In this document: positions 39,695-51,821 of the stretch, piece after piece
Position numbering within the stretch: the stretch's first letter is position 1
Layout: every line of letters begins with the position of its first letter
DNA from: Eledone cirrhosa
Lineage: Eukaryota
Assembly (NCBI GenBank): GCA_964016885.1
Contig: OZ024758.1
Span: 1-64,000, forward strand
Direction: 5' to 3'
DNA: 64,000 nt
Program-made: the position numbers and the translations under genes
Notes under the pieces: model-generated
The model's input: the letters and a program-made list of their open reading frames with translations, nothing else
Told to the model about the DNA's origin: nothing
Databases searched by the model: none

Positions 39695-40600
39695 GCAGGC
39701 ACGCACTTCTGCTCTTGTCAAGGTGAACGGCTACCTCTCGGAGCCGTTCGAAATCGCGCGGTCCATCCGACAAGGGTGCCCTCTCTCCTCCCTTCTGTAT
39801 GTAATGACTAGAGCCACTGCTGCAGAAGTTGGAGTTGTTAATGCCGTCGTCGGGCGGAGGTGGCGAACACATCTACTACCGCCTGACCGTCGTGCCTTGC
39901 CCAAGGGAAACGCTCTCCAAAATGGAGCGCACACTCTTCCAATTCCTTTGGAAGAAGCGGGCTCCTATGGTGAGGAGATCCATCTGCTGTCAACACCCTT
40001 CGAAAGGCGGGCTGGGATGCCGTGGCTGGTGATGCGTAAACACGCATTAAGGCTACGGCACCTCCAGGTATTCATCACCGGTCAACCGGTGTGGGCCCCG
40101 TTTGTGAGGCGAGCCTTTCCCAGACTCGTCTCGCTCACCGAGCTGCAATCCTGGGTCAAGCAAAGACCGAGAAAATTGGGCGCCTGGCACACCGAGTGTG
40201 CCCAGGCGCTCACGGCTCTCTGGCAGGCGGACCCGGCTGTCAGTGGAGAATCCAACTCGTCATTCTATAGAGGGCTGGTGGTTAGCAGGTGCGGCAACAC
40301 CCTCGGAGAAGCCCTAGGCATGGAGGAAAACGAACTGGCCAACCTGTTCGGTAGGACATTCAGCCCGGGACCTATGGATAACTTCCAGAGGTCCCTGGCC
40401 TGGCAGTGCCACCGAGGGGCTCTGCCCGTTCGAGAAAGGCTCTACAGACACGGGCGCCCTGGTAGAGACCCCTCGAAAAAGATCTGTCCCAGATGCGGGT
40501 GCGACGAGGAAACAGTTGCACACGCATTGTACAGTGCTCGCGCATTGCCTATCTGTGGGGCTATGTCGAACGACTGCTGTCACGGGTGGGACCGATCCGT
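39695..40600 (+). pseudogene. Tx1/L1-like LINE ORF2 fragment (internally deleted RT plus zf-RVT C-terminus)
   Basis: VKVNGYLSEPFEIARSIRQGCPLSSLLYV; SKGGLG (alternate frame); LAWQCHRGALPVRERL..CPRCGCDEETVAH; GC-rich relative to flanks. Confidence 0.88.
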
Positions 40601-40618
40601 TTGACCACCGGGTTCAGC

Positions 40619-40995
40619 TTCGCTAAGGTGAAAAGAATACTAACTAGAGACAATAGGGTTTGCCAGACTCAATTTAAGAATAAATCAAGAAAAGAAATAC
40701 AAACCGGAATTGTGGTAAGTACCAATCACCCAGACACCTTTGGTAATGCTGTTTCGCAAAATTAATTGTGAAGAGGAATACCAATTCTTGCTCATCAGTG
40801 GATGAAGAATTATTATCATGGACATTTCTAAGTATATTAAAAAACTGAATAGTGTGCGTATATATAACGCACATGGTATCTGAACTTAGCGTGTCTCACA
40901 AACTCACACCACTAAAGATAGCAGCCAAGTTTGTATTTATTTTATTGATTTATTCTTAAATTGTCTATAGTTAGTATTATTTTCACCTTAGCGAA
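40619..40995. mobile_element. Short element with ~65-85 bp terminal inverted repeats enclosing a hammerhead
   Basis: TTCGCTAAGGTGAAAAGAATACTAACTAGAGACAAT..AATTTAAGAATAAATCAA..AAATACAAAC versus its reverse complement at 40929-40995. Confidence 0.75.
40726..40805 (-). ncRNA. Type I hammerhead ribozyme (GUC site)
   Basis: Minus: TCATCCA-CTGATGA-GCAAGAATTG..CAATTAATTTTGC-GAAA-CAGCATTACCAAAGGTG-TC-TGGGTGA; 7-bp stem I, G10.1-C11.1 stem II, weak stem III. Confidence 0.82.
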
Positions 40996-41098
40996 TCTCA
41001 TGCCTTACTATTTGAACACATGTATATATCTGTGTTCGTTTTTCTTTTATATTCAATTATGATATATATATATATATATTTATTAAAATAACAGATTA

Positions 41099-41151
41099 AA
41101 GTTTAAGCAAAGAATCGCTGCTTTCACCCTTAACGGGATCTTCTGAAACTC
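41099..41151 (-). ncRNA. Variant hammerhead-like motif (CAGAAGA core, CUU site)
   Basis: Minus: GAGTTT-CAGAAGA-TCCC GTTAA GGGT-GAAA-GCAG CGATTCT TTGC-TT-AAACTT; same sequence as the right arm of the 29-kb palindrome. Confidence 0.55.
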
Positions 41152-41173
41152 ACATACATACATACATACATAC

Positions 41174-41248
<75 letters not shown>

Positions 41249-41337
41249 TATCTGCGCATGCGCGTGTGTGTGTGTGAATGTGGCGAAGATTAACGTCATT
41301 GCTGACGTATGGATCACAATGTCGTTATGCAGACAGC

Positions 41338-41440
41338 CAGAGGTTAACTTTGCCTTTCATCCTTACGGGGGTCGTTAAAATAAAGTACCAGTAATGTACT
41401 GGGTAATTGCTGGCCTTGTGCCTAAAGTAGAAACAATTAT
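41338..41440 (+). mobile_element. 5'-truncated SINE
   Basis: GAGGTTAACTTTGCCTTTCATCCTTACGGGGG...GGCCTTGTGCCTAAAGTAGAAACAATTAT. Confidence 0.88.
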
Positions 41441-41615
41441 AAGGGCACGATGGAGATCGATAACTGGTGCCTAACACCTCTTTAAAAACAGAAAATTGAA
41501 AAATAAAAGCTGCAGTTAATATCTTTAGACCACAAGGAATATATAAATGTAAGTTTGAAGCCAATCAGAGTAGAAATGTGGATTTGTATAGACTTTGCAA
41601 AAATGAGGAGACATA

Positions 41616-41840
41616 TCTATATATATAAAACTGTGTGTGAGTGTGCGGCGTTGTATCTATATCTTTCTAATTATGTCACTTAAAACATTGCCTTTCTTTT
41701 CACATTTTAGAAATGACACACTGTTCAATTATATGACCTTATAGAAGTGTCTAGAAGAGAGAGAGAGAGATTAAGTATACCTTATGGTTTGGCACCACTG
41801 GGTCGGGCCTCCTTAGCTCCAGGGAAGTATTTCTCAAAAC
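41616..41840 (+). mobile_element. Helitron-like 5' segment; related copies at ~42530-42705 and ~43800-43870
   Basis: A|TCTATATATATAAAACTGTG start; shared TCTAATTAT..GTCA.TTAAAAC.TTGCCTTTCTTTTCACATTTTA block in all three and ATACCTT.TGGTTTGGCACCACTGGGTCGGGCCTC block in the first two. Confidence 0.55.
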
Positions 41841-42794
41841 CATCTGGTACATTGCTGTTGCGTAGCAGAGCCCAGTCCTTCATTAGGGACAACAACGGCC
41901 GTGGTGAAGCAGTTACATATTTAGAGGTAACGTAGGAATGACGATATATCTGAAATAGAGATTTTAGGGGTTATAAAGGGCCAGGGTTAAAGGTGGGGTA
42001 GATATGATATATCTGAATATATAGAATGGTGGTGTTGGTGGTGATGTAGTGTGATGGTGGTAGTGTAGTATGGCGGTGTTATAGTGTCTGGTAGTGCTGT
42101 AGTGTGTGGTAGTGTTCTAATGTAGGTTCAGTATGTGATGGTGGGGCTTCAATGGTTAGTCTGCTGCACTCATAAACATAACTTCAAACCCTAGGTCTGG
42201 CAGCACATTGCATTAATAAGCCAGTTGCTTCATTTCAAGTTTTTCGGGATAGAACTGGAGTCTATCATTACAACAACCGGGAAACCTCCTATGTGAGGAC
42301 ACCCTTGTCCATCTACCTATCTATATACATAGATCCACACACATAAATGTTTATGGATCTGTATTTTTGTGTATGAAAAAAAAAAAATGGAAAAATTTAA
42401 AATCTCAAGTTAGGCTGCTCTATAATTTAACTATTTGGTTCTCTTTGTTGGGTGTGGGTGTGTTTTATTTAGAAAGTTCAGACAGACAGCCATACAGATA
42501 CATGATATGAGGGCGACGCATCGTATCAATGTATCTAATTATTTGTCACTTCAAAGCTTGCTTTTCTTTTAACATTAAGTGTATGCGAGAGAGAGAGAGA
42601 AAGAAAGAGAGAAAGAGAGAAAGCATACCTTTTGGTTTGGCACCACTGGGTCGGGCCTCTTTTCGGGGTGGGGGTCTTCTTAGTTCCAGGGAAGTATTTC
42701 TCAGTGTCCGAATTGTCCTCACATTCAGAGTGCCCATAAGCCTTGACAACCTTAGTGCTGTTAAATCGACTACATGGTTCTTTTATTATTTCAC

Positions 42795-42948
42795 CCATAA
42801 ATGGGGCCCTAACAGGTAACACTGCTCCGGGCCAGAACAGACCTGGGAGTTATGACAACTAAGGGGTAACTCCACATTCCCCACAGCTCATGAACTCCCG
42901 AAATGGAGCCTTGTCACTGGATGTAGTTTAATGTCATACCCAGGACAA
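42795..42948. mobile_element. Short interspersed repeat (second family), also present in each 3.36-kb unit (e.g. 51562-51711)
   Basis: ATAAATGGGGCCC..ACAGGTA..CCAGA.CAGACCTGGGAGTTATGACAACTAAGGGG..GTTTAATGTCATACCCAGGACA. Confidence 0.8.
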
Positions 42949-42960
42949 TATGTGTGTGTC

Positions 42961-42994
<34 letters not shown>

Positions 42995-43364
42995 AGATAG
43001 ATATACACGGGTGTGTATAATTATGTATAGAAGATTATATTAATAAAAGGAATTCCAACTTTGATTTACTCGTTTTATTTACAATCCTTTAAAATTTATA
43101 ATAGTATTAGAATGAAATAGTATGGTAGAATATTAAATGTTAAGTGTTAATTGAACAAGTACTTTCATGCTTTCGCAATCTTCAGGTTCATAATGTGTGG
43201 TGACAGTCAAGTTTGCAATTTTCAACCGTAATGAGATGGGTAAATTTTGCCACTGTGAAAAGTGGCTCCAGAATGCTAAATCTTGAAAACTGTATTTCAA
43301 CCAATCGGTGTGTAGTTTCACTGGATTACTAAAGCTGATTGGTTTAGGCGTCACAGTTGGTTGA

Positions 43365-43396
<32 letters not shown>

Positions 43397-43400
<4 letters not shown>

Positions 43401-43748
43401 GTTTGACAGATTTAACCTGAAGCATACGGAAAATACAGGATAAAGAGTAAAATGTACAGATCGTTTCAATAACTATTTCATCTCCCAGACAGATTAGAGA
43501 TTTAATCTGTTTCGCCCTGAGAATTGTGTTTGTAACAGATAATCCGTAGGCGTCATCAGCGAGAGATAAGATAAAATGTGACAAACACCTAAAACTAAAA
43601 GCTACACGAATGAATATTTCACCTCGTGCGAGCAAACGGAAAATACAGGATAGAGTAAAATGTACACATCGTTTCAATAACTATTTCATCTCCCGGACAG
43701 ATTAGAGATTTAATCTGTTTCGCCCTGAGAATTGTGTTTGTAACAGAT
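43397..43748 (-). mobile_element. Tandem ~208-210 bp retrozyme/pLTR-like repeat (~1.6 copies)
   Basis: 43421-43540 repeated at 43631-43748; each copy carries hammerhead stem III and a GUC site; abuts (TA)n at ~43368-43396. Confidence 0.75.
43479..43568 (-). ncRNA. Type I hammerhead ribozyme (GUC site, long stems)
   Basis: Minus: TATCTCTCG-CTGATGA-C-GCCT...GGGC-GAAA-CAGATTA AATCTC TAATCTG-TC-TGGGAGATG; 8-bp stem III, 9-bp stem I including G-U pairs. Confidence 0.88.
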
Positions 43749-44149
43749 CAGGAGACTGACTATTGTGCGTATATAAATTAACGCACATGGCATAAATACA
43801 TACATCTAATTATATGTCAGTTAAAACCTTGCCTTTCTTTTCACATTTTACAGACAGCCACAATGCTGAATTATATGATCTTATGTCAGTGTATGGGAGA
43901 GAGAGAGGGGGGGGGGGGGGTGAGCAAGCCAGGGTTTAGTCCCACATTTAAGATCATAGGTAACATTTATCATATAAGAAGCTTCAAGAAAGTCATTAAA
44001 ATGCCAGTCTCTGAAAATGTGAATATTGTCCTGTGCTACTGTTTCCTTGTGGGAATGATGGGTTTCGGGTTGGTTTGAAAAGGATTGACAACAACCACAC
44101 ACTCACACCCACTGGTTATCGGTTTCAGGTTAGGCAAGGTGACTAATGT

Positions 44150-46313
44150 TGTGAAGAGCAGGTGGCTGATGCAGCAATATGCTGTAGATGCCCAGGGAAA
44201 AATACAATGTTGTCACCTCAAAATGGCCGTAACAATCGAACCGTGATGCGAGCTGAAAAGTATGAGGGTTTCTATGAGGCTGAAGGAGATTCAGTAAATG
44301 AAGGCCGGAGAATTGTTCTTCCACCTTCAATCTATGGTTCCCAATCGCTTCTACAGTGAGTGCTTTCAGAATTCGATGACTGTGGTTCGACATGGTAAAG
44401 TCGTCTTATTTCATCACGGTAACAACTAACTCTAACTGGGATGAAATAAAAAATAATTTGCACCCTAGTCAAGAACCTAGAGACCGTCCTGATATTTGTG
44501 CAAGATTCTTCAACATCAAGTATGACAGCCTCATGGGTGACATACTGAAAAAGAAAATGTCCTAGGAAAAGTTGTTGCTCGTTCTGCTACAATAGAGTGG
44601 CAGAAACGAGGCCCCACTCATGCTCATATTCTGCAGATAATGGCTGAAGATAGTAAGCACAAAACTGCTGATGACATTGATCAGGTAGTGTACTGTGAGA
44701 TTCCAATTCTACAGAAGATCATCCCCATCTTGCAACATTCATGGCCCATGTGGACAAGTTAATATGATGTGCTCATGAAAGGAAGGGCTAGGACAACAAT
44801 AACAATGCTCAAACAGTTATCCCAAGGCAAACCGCATTTGTTGCCAAAAGTTCCTTTTCAAAGTATAGAAGAAGGGGTAGATAGCATGGTCAATTGTGAG
44901 GTTGTCTACAGTGTCAAGGCTGTTAACTAATTAAAGTACATCACAAAAGGATCAGACAAAATCACTTTCACTATTAACGATGATCGAGGAAATTGTGTCC
45001 ATGCTCGAAATGAAATTGAGACCTATATCAATGCATGGTACATCTCAGCCAGTGAAGCATTCTGGAAAGTTGCCTTGCCATTTACTTGGGGAACAAATGG
45101 TCGTGTTTGAGCAAGGGCAGGAAGAAAGTTCTTTCTAGGGGACAGCCAATGACTAAGTTCACGGAATATTTTCAACTGAATATTAGAGACCCGCTGGAAC
45201 AAGATATATTGTATATTGATATTCCTAAATATTTCACTTGGACAAACAAAAAATGGCAAAGAAAAAAAGGGGACATCTGGATGGTGATCAACAATTTATG
45301 AGTGAATCTCTTGGACGCATTCTCAGAAGACATCAATCTGAATTATATTACCTCAGAATGATCATACATCACAAGGCTGGGTAAACTTCATATAAAGATT
45401 AACTTAGTCTGTTGGTCCTCAGCTGCCACAGATCTTCTGCACCATTTAATTGCACTGCATGCCAAATGACCCTCTGCAGTTCTGGGAGAAATAGAAGAAT
45501 TGTCTTGCAGAGGATATCATGCATGAACATCATGAGCAATTCATGTCCATGCAAACAAATAAATCAACTTCTGCCAACATTGAATCCTCAGCAACTGGTT
45601 CTTTTTCACAAAGTAATTACCTCTGTAAATGAAAATGAGGGCAGAATTTTCTGCTTGAATGCAAGTGCAGGTACAGGTCATAAGCATTCTAATGGATTAC
45701 CTCCAATGTAAAAAAATAATTGCACTTGCCACTGCCATATCTGGAATAGCAGCCACTTTGCTTCACAAACGAAGAACTCTTCATTCCAAGTGCACGATTC
45801 CTCTCAATATGACTGCTGAATCAACTTGCTTCTTCACAAAGAGGGATGACACAGGTAAACTTATGCAGCAAGCTGACCTGTTAATCATTGATGAGAGAGG
45901 TATGGGACATAAGAATATCTTTCAATGCCTGACAGGAGTTTCAAAGATGTTCGAGATTGCAAAAAGCCATTTAGTGGTATCTGGTGACTAAAACCAAATT
46001 CTTCCAGTTCTACGTCATGGTGATAGACCACAAATAGTTGAAACAACCTTCAAGGGCAGACATTTATCTACAAACACAATTCTCACGTATGTTGCATTAT
46101 CACAAAAAAGAAAATATTAAAATATTAAATGAAAGGTGTCTGTTTGCTGGCAACTGTGTCTACAAAGAAATTCTACAGTCATGTGAAACAGCTATCACTC
46201 TTTTAGTTGAAATGCATTTCAGTTTCTTTTTAAATGATAGAAAAGGGACACTACAAAAACTTATGTCTATATATACTAGCAGAAAAACGCCCAAAGGGCA
46301 GTTCTTCAGCTAG
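44150..46313 (+). mobile_element. Decayed autonomous Helitron (RepHel: HUH Rep plus PIF1 helicase)
   Basis: IVLPPSIYGS, LFITVTTNSNWDEI, DRPDICARFF, EWQKRGPTHAHIL (HUH), KYITKGSD, LNPQQ..CLNASAGTG, ATAISGIAATLL..RTLHS, LLIIDE; possible 3' hairpin GCCCAAAGGGC + CTAG at 46289-46313. Confidence 0.9.
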
Positions 46314-46544
46314 CATATATAAATATATGTCGTCTCTCTCGGTGTATGTGTGTGTATGTGTGCATATATATATAATGATAAAATGCGAAATACTTTCAGA
46401 TGTTAAAGTCCTTTATTGATAATGCTGCGATACATATTTGTATGACGATATATATATATATATAGTTATAACAGGGGAGAGTCATATTGTTATAAATATT
46501 GCAAGAAATAATAACAGAACACACGGTTTGGTTTGGGTTGTTTT

Positions 46545-46825
46545 TCGGTGTAGGTGTTGATGAATGGCTTGTGAGGACATTGCAAGCTTTGTACAGAGGT
46601 GCTGTCAGTAAAGTGAGGGTAGGAATGGAGTTTAGTGACAAATTCCAGATACAAGTAGGAATACATCCTGTTTACAGAAACTTATCTATGCTGATGATAA
46701 AATCAGTAGAAGAGCTTGAGAATAAATTCTGGCTATGAAAACAGAGTTGGAATTAAGAGGACTGAGAGTGAACATAGCTAAGACAAAATTGTTGATGAGT
46801 AGAAAAGAGGACAAAACTCAGCGGA
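46545..46825 (+). pseudogene. RTE-like RT fragment
   Basis: GVDEWLVRTLQALYRGAVSKVRVGMEFSDKFQIQVGIH, then YADD, then GLRVNIAKTK. Confidence 0.82.
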
Positions 46826-46827
46826 GA

Positions 46828-47690
46828 AGGAAACTATGAATAAAATGGCAAGCTGTGTGGTTGCATTTAAGTATAATGAAAAGAAAAGTTATGGGCAAAA
46901 GAGGGCAATATCCATCGTCAGTTGTCTGCTAGGAATCATAGGCATTTCTTCGCGTTAGAGACAAGATGCCTCAACCTAGGGCGAACAATAACTAAAATAA
47001 GTTATTGGAATAAAAAAAGGGGGAGAGAGAAAAATGGATACACACATGAAGGGTGAAGAAACGAAAAGAGGAAAAATCAAGTCAACAACTCATTTTGAAC
47101 ATAAGTTCTGGTGGGTTTAACGAGAAAAAAAAATGCATGTCTTCACTGTAGCAGTGTGAGTGAGAGAAGAGACTGCTTTAGAAGTGGCAGGTTAGCCGAG
47201 AGAAGGTGACTAACAGAAGAGGGAGAAGGGGGAGAGAGAGCATAGCAACAAGGGGATAGAAGAGAGATGGGTCACAACTGAGAAGAAAACTATGTGAATA
47301 AAATGGCAAGCTGTGTGGTTGCATTGAAATATAATCAAAATAAAAGTTACGGGCAAAAGAGGGCAATATCCATCGTCAGTTGTCTGCTAGGAATCATAGG
47401 CATTTCTTCGCGTTAGAGACAAGATGCCTCAACCTAGGCCGAACAATAACTAAAATAAGTTATTGGGATAAAAAAGAGGGGAGAGAGAGAGAAAAATATA
47501 AACAGACACAAAGGCTGAAGCAACAAAAAGAAAGGAAAAAAAAAAAAAAAAAAAACGAGTGAACAATTGATTTCGAACACAAGTTCTGGCGGGTTTGATA
47601 AGAAAAAAAGACACATTCACTGTAGAAGTGTGAGCAAGAGAAGAGACAGTTACGGACGAGGAAGGAAGTGAGCTAGCGGAGGAGTGAGTG
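46828..47690. repeat. Diverged direct duplication, ~460-bp period
   Basis: AAAATGGCAAGCTGTGTGGTTGCATT..GGGCAAAAGAGGGCAATATCCATCGTCAGTTGTCTGCTAGGAATCATAGG at ~46842 and ~47300. Confidence 0.9.
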
Positions 47691-47716
47691 AAAATAAGAG
47701 AAAGCCAGAAACATAC

Positions 47717-47747
<31 letters not shown>

Positions 47748-47809
47748 CATACATACAAATATATGCATATATACATACATATAAATATATACATATATAC
47801 ATATATATG

Positions 47810-48410
47810 GTGGTTGCCAACTCTTTTTCGAGTACGGCCCCTACTTTATATCCATGTAGGAGAACCCCTACCGATGGGCTGAACGAGTGTGACGTTTTAG
47901 TCCAGCCAGTGACTTGAAAACTCTGGTACAAACACTACACTTGTGACAATTATTGACAGTGCTGGGCCAATCGTACCATATGACGACGAGTGCAGAGAGA
48001 TCTCCAGATATAAAGCAATGCCTGTGCTGTGAAGCTTTTATAGTGAGCAAAGGCACTGCACAAAGCCAGTCCCACTCTCTTAACCAAGATGATATTTACC
48101 AAAAAGCAAAACAAGTCAACATCATTGGATACCATCAGGGTTGCAGGTGTTATATCAGAGTTTTCCTTCTAGAATTCTGCCTTGACACAGGCTAAGGGGT
48201 CATCTCTCCCGGTGATTTTGGATGGCCATTGACTCTTAAGAGCTCCTTTGCCCTTTGACAGGTTTTGTTTTTAGTCCTGCAGGATGTCCAAAGTCACCCT
48301 CCTCACCAAGAAACCTTAGTGGGGTTGCCAGTTTAGTCGCCAACGACCCGACCAGGAGACAGGTTGTACTGGGATACATGTTACCAGTAGCACCAACTGG
48401 TGACCTGACA
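47810..48410 (-). pseudogene. Probable 5' end of an R2/Hero-like non-LTR element with an N-terminal C2H2 zinc finger
   Basis: HKCSVCTRVFKSLAGLKRHTRSAH preceded by a GC-richer leader, bounded by TA microsatellites; clade assignment is inference. Confidence 0.5.
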
Positions 48411-48428
48411 TAATATATATGTATGTAC

Positions 48429-48459
<31 letters not shown>

Positions 48460-49399
48460 AGTGAGATGCGCGATGCTGCATGGTAGTGAGACATGGACAG
48501 CAACTGCAGAGGGTATGCGATGGCTGGAGAGAAATGAAGCAAGCACGCTCCGTTGGATGTGCAATGTCAATGTGCGGGAACGACCAAGCATAAACGAGTT
48601 GAGAGAGAAACTGTGTTTAAGAGGGATAAGTTGTGGTGTGCAAGAGAGGACTGAGATGGTATGGGCATGTGATGCGCATGGAGGTTGAGCGCTGGGTAAA
48701 GAAGGGAGACGCAGTAGAGGAAGACCACGAAAAACATGGGTGGAGGTGGTGAGAGCCGACTTCAGATCGCTGAAACTCACCAAGGAGATGACGAAGGACC
48801 GTGACAAGTGAAGAGATGCTTTGCTCAAGAGGACCTGTCCCACCCTTTCAAGCAGGGAAAAGCGGACGTAAAATGATGAACAGACGATGATAATGATGCT
48901 CTCTATATATCTATCTCTCTATCAATCTATCCAGATATCTGTGCATCAGTCTATCTATTTACCTATAAACACCCTCCTCACTCCGTCTCAGGATCACCGA
49001 GACATCACCAACAACCAACCCACGCTGTGGGAAACAGTCCTCCCCGGGGCACACCCTGCTACTTCACACCATCTGTCTGTCTCGCTGCCTAACTACCGAG
49101 AAATCCGGCTTCTGTGCTTGCCTAATTTGTAGGTTATTAGGCAGTTGGCAGGTTTGCGGAAGTTGGTTTTGCAAATGGTTAAAACACTTGCATCACAAAA
49201 TTCAAATAGCATCACTCCTTGTTTTATCTTTCTCGTCTTTACCTAGGCCTGCATAAGTTAGTGTTACGGTTAGTGTTACTGTTAGCGTTACGACTAGTTT
49301 TAGGGTTAATTGAGAGCAAGAAACTGCTGCTAGGTAAAGACAAGAAATTCTGCATTTACAAGCAATTTTTACAAACAGCCACAATGACAGGACGGAGAC

Positions 49400-50200
49400 A
49401 TCGTTATGCTAGCAGGGGATTTCAATGGTCATGTTGGACAGCTCTACGATGGTTACACTGAGGTACATGTTGGGCACACTTACGGCTTAAGAAATGAAGC
49501 AGTGAAACTTCTTGAATTTTGCAATGCAATTGCACTAACCATCTACAACACTAACTTACACAAATCTGCCAACCACCTAATAACCTACAAATCAGGCAAG
49601 CACATAAGCCAGATTGACTTCTTGCTAGTTAGGCAGCGGGACAGGCAGATGGTGTCAAATGCAAAGGCATACCCCGGGGAAGAATGTACCCCACAGCATA
49701 GGTTAGTCGTTAGTGATATCTCATTAAGCAAGAGACTGAATGAGACATACAGGAAGGTGTGGAAAAAAGAAAGGTCTGGAAGCTAAAAGAGCTCTCACTA
49801 AAATACAAATTTAGGAAAGCCCTTCAATATGTGTATGATGAAAAAGAAGACGATTTAGAGTCGTACAACATAGATGATAACTGGAATTTCTTATGCGATA
49901 CCTTACTGCAGGTTACTGATGAAACTTGTGGCTGGATCAGAGTTCCAACCAGACAGAGAGTGACATGGTGGTGGGACAGCACGGTAGATCGGGCCATTGG
50001 AGACTAAAGACTAGCATGGAATGCTTGCAAAATTAGTGCGAGTAGAGAAGAATATACAGCCGCTAAGAGAGAAGCTAGACGTCAGGTGTACTTAGCATGC
50101 AAGGAGGCTGCTCGACGACGTGCGCTGTTCCGTACTGCAAGGCAGTGTGTCAGTGCAAATCGGGATTAAGTCTGTCCGCAATGATGCCGCTGTACTTTGT
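49400..50200 (+). pseudogene. RTE APE endonuclease plus linker fragment (in every unit: 52771, 56134, 59499, 62829)
   Basis: LAGDFNGHVG, HLITYKSG..SQIDFLLVR, PQHRLVVSD, KVWKLKE, RVTWWWD; frameshift at ~49760 and stops. Confidence 0.9.
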
Positions 50201-51099
50201 GTCACGAATGAGTGTTGATGAGTAGAAAAGAGGACAAAACTCTATTCCGTCAGGGAAATGGCCATGTTCGATATGCAGAAACGGAACTGGCATAAATTAT
50301 ATAAAACGTACACAAAAGATCGAGTGCGATAGCAGGCACGTAGTGGGATAGCAGGCAAACTAACAGCATATTTTGATTATAATAAAACAAATAATAATAG
50401 TAATAATAATAATAATAATAATCGTCATTGTTCTTTTCTTCTGTGCCTTTCTTTGCCTTCTCTGTCATCTGAATAACAAAAATAAAAGAAAAAAAGAATC
50501 TTAAACATATGTTGCCTTTACAAAGTGCTGTGATCAAAGTAGCTTTTAAGCAATTTCCTAACTAACAAACAACATCAACAAAATATATACAAATATCTTT
50601 GAATGTCAAGTCCACCAAGAGAAAATAGTCATAATGTACTTACAGATACAATGCTAGGGACTCGCATCAATGAGTTTTAGTAGAAAATGACTGACTGACT
50701 GTTGAGGGGACAGAGGTGTGTTTTCAAATATTTATCAATTCACAACAAAGCCTCACAAAGCTACATCATAATGCAAACTCACAACACCCTTCTTATGCAA
50801 CCTCACCAAGCAACCCCACAACACAACCTCACGTTCACAATTCACAACACTCAACAAGGCATTCGTTATCTAGGGTTTACAGTAAACATAGCGAGGTAAG
50901 ACACACCCAGTACACTCTGTAAAGTGGTCATTAGGTTAAGATTAAACTGAAATCATACCTCCATTGTCGTTGGCGTATATTTTCTCTAAAACTTAATTTC
51001 ATTGCTTTCATTTCTCTTCTTTTTCTTCTATTCCATCTAAATATGAAAAAAAAATTATACAGGTCATTTCGTCTTATCAAGAGGTCCATTTAAAATTGA

Positions 51100-51550
51100 G
51101 ATTAACGAATATAGGGTCCAAGAGGCGATTAAGGAATTGAAAAATGGTGAGGCTGCTGGACCATCGGAGATAGTTGCTGAGATGCTGAAGGCCTCAGGGG
51201 ACGTAGGCACTAAACTGGTTGCACACATCATCAATCAGGCTATATATGGCAGTGTCATACCCAAAGACTAGTGCAAAAGTAAAGGGGACGCTCTTGAGAG
51301 GAGAAATTATAGGGATATAAAACTGATGGATCAGGTTATGAAAGTGGCAGAAAGGATATTAGCACAACTAATTAGAGAAAGGGTCAAACTAGATGAGATG
51401 CAGTTTGGTTTTGTGCCTGGGAATAGTACAACAGATGCCCTCTTCTTGATGAGACAATTACAAGAGAGGTTCTTAGAGAAAAATAAGCCACTATACTTAG
51501 CCTTTGTTGACCTAGAGAAGGCCTTTGATAGGGTACGCCGATCTGTCATC
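51100..51550 (+). pseudogene. RTE RT N-terminal fragment (in every unit)
   Basis: AAGPSEIVAEMLKASG, KGDALERRNYRGIKLMDQVMKVAERI, MQFGFVPGNSTTDALFLMRQLQERFLEKNKPLYLAFVDLEKAFDRV; truncated by a short repeat insertion. Confidence 0.92.
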
Positions 51551-51736
51551 TTATTATTTAACCTATAAATGGGGCCCCAACAGGTACTACTACACCAGGC
51601 CAGAGCAGACCTGGGAGTTATGACAACTAAGGGGGTAACTCCATGTTCCCCACAGTTCCTCCTGAACTTGAGCCTTGCCACTGGATGTAGTTTAATGTCA
51701 TACCCAGGACAAATATATACATACATATATATACAT

Positions 51737-51779
<43 letters not shown>

Positions 51780-51821
51780 TACAAATATATATATGCGTAC
51801 GAAAGTGTGGTTACATGATGC

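Noticed and set aside
39615-40604. 329-aa ORF as an intact gene
   Set aside because: Chimera of antisense Helitron sequence and a deleted, frameshifted Tx1-like ORF2; no YADD motif
48330-48410. HDV-like ribozyme at the 5' end of the zinc-finger LINE
   Set aside because: CCAGT/ACTGG pairing and a CTAA linker are present, but I could not build P1/P1.1/P3 consistently
49298-49310. Telomerase RNA template (TAACCCTAA on minus strand)
   Set aside because: Only a 9-nt match inside a degenerate repeat; no pseudoknot or H/ACA evidence
49915-49930. CTGATGA in macrosatellite units (also ~44669, ~46691) as hammerheads
   Set aside because: Within TE coding remnants; no stem II-GAAA-stem III-NUH arrangement
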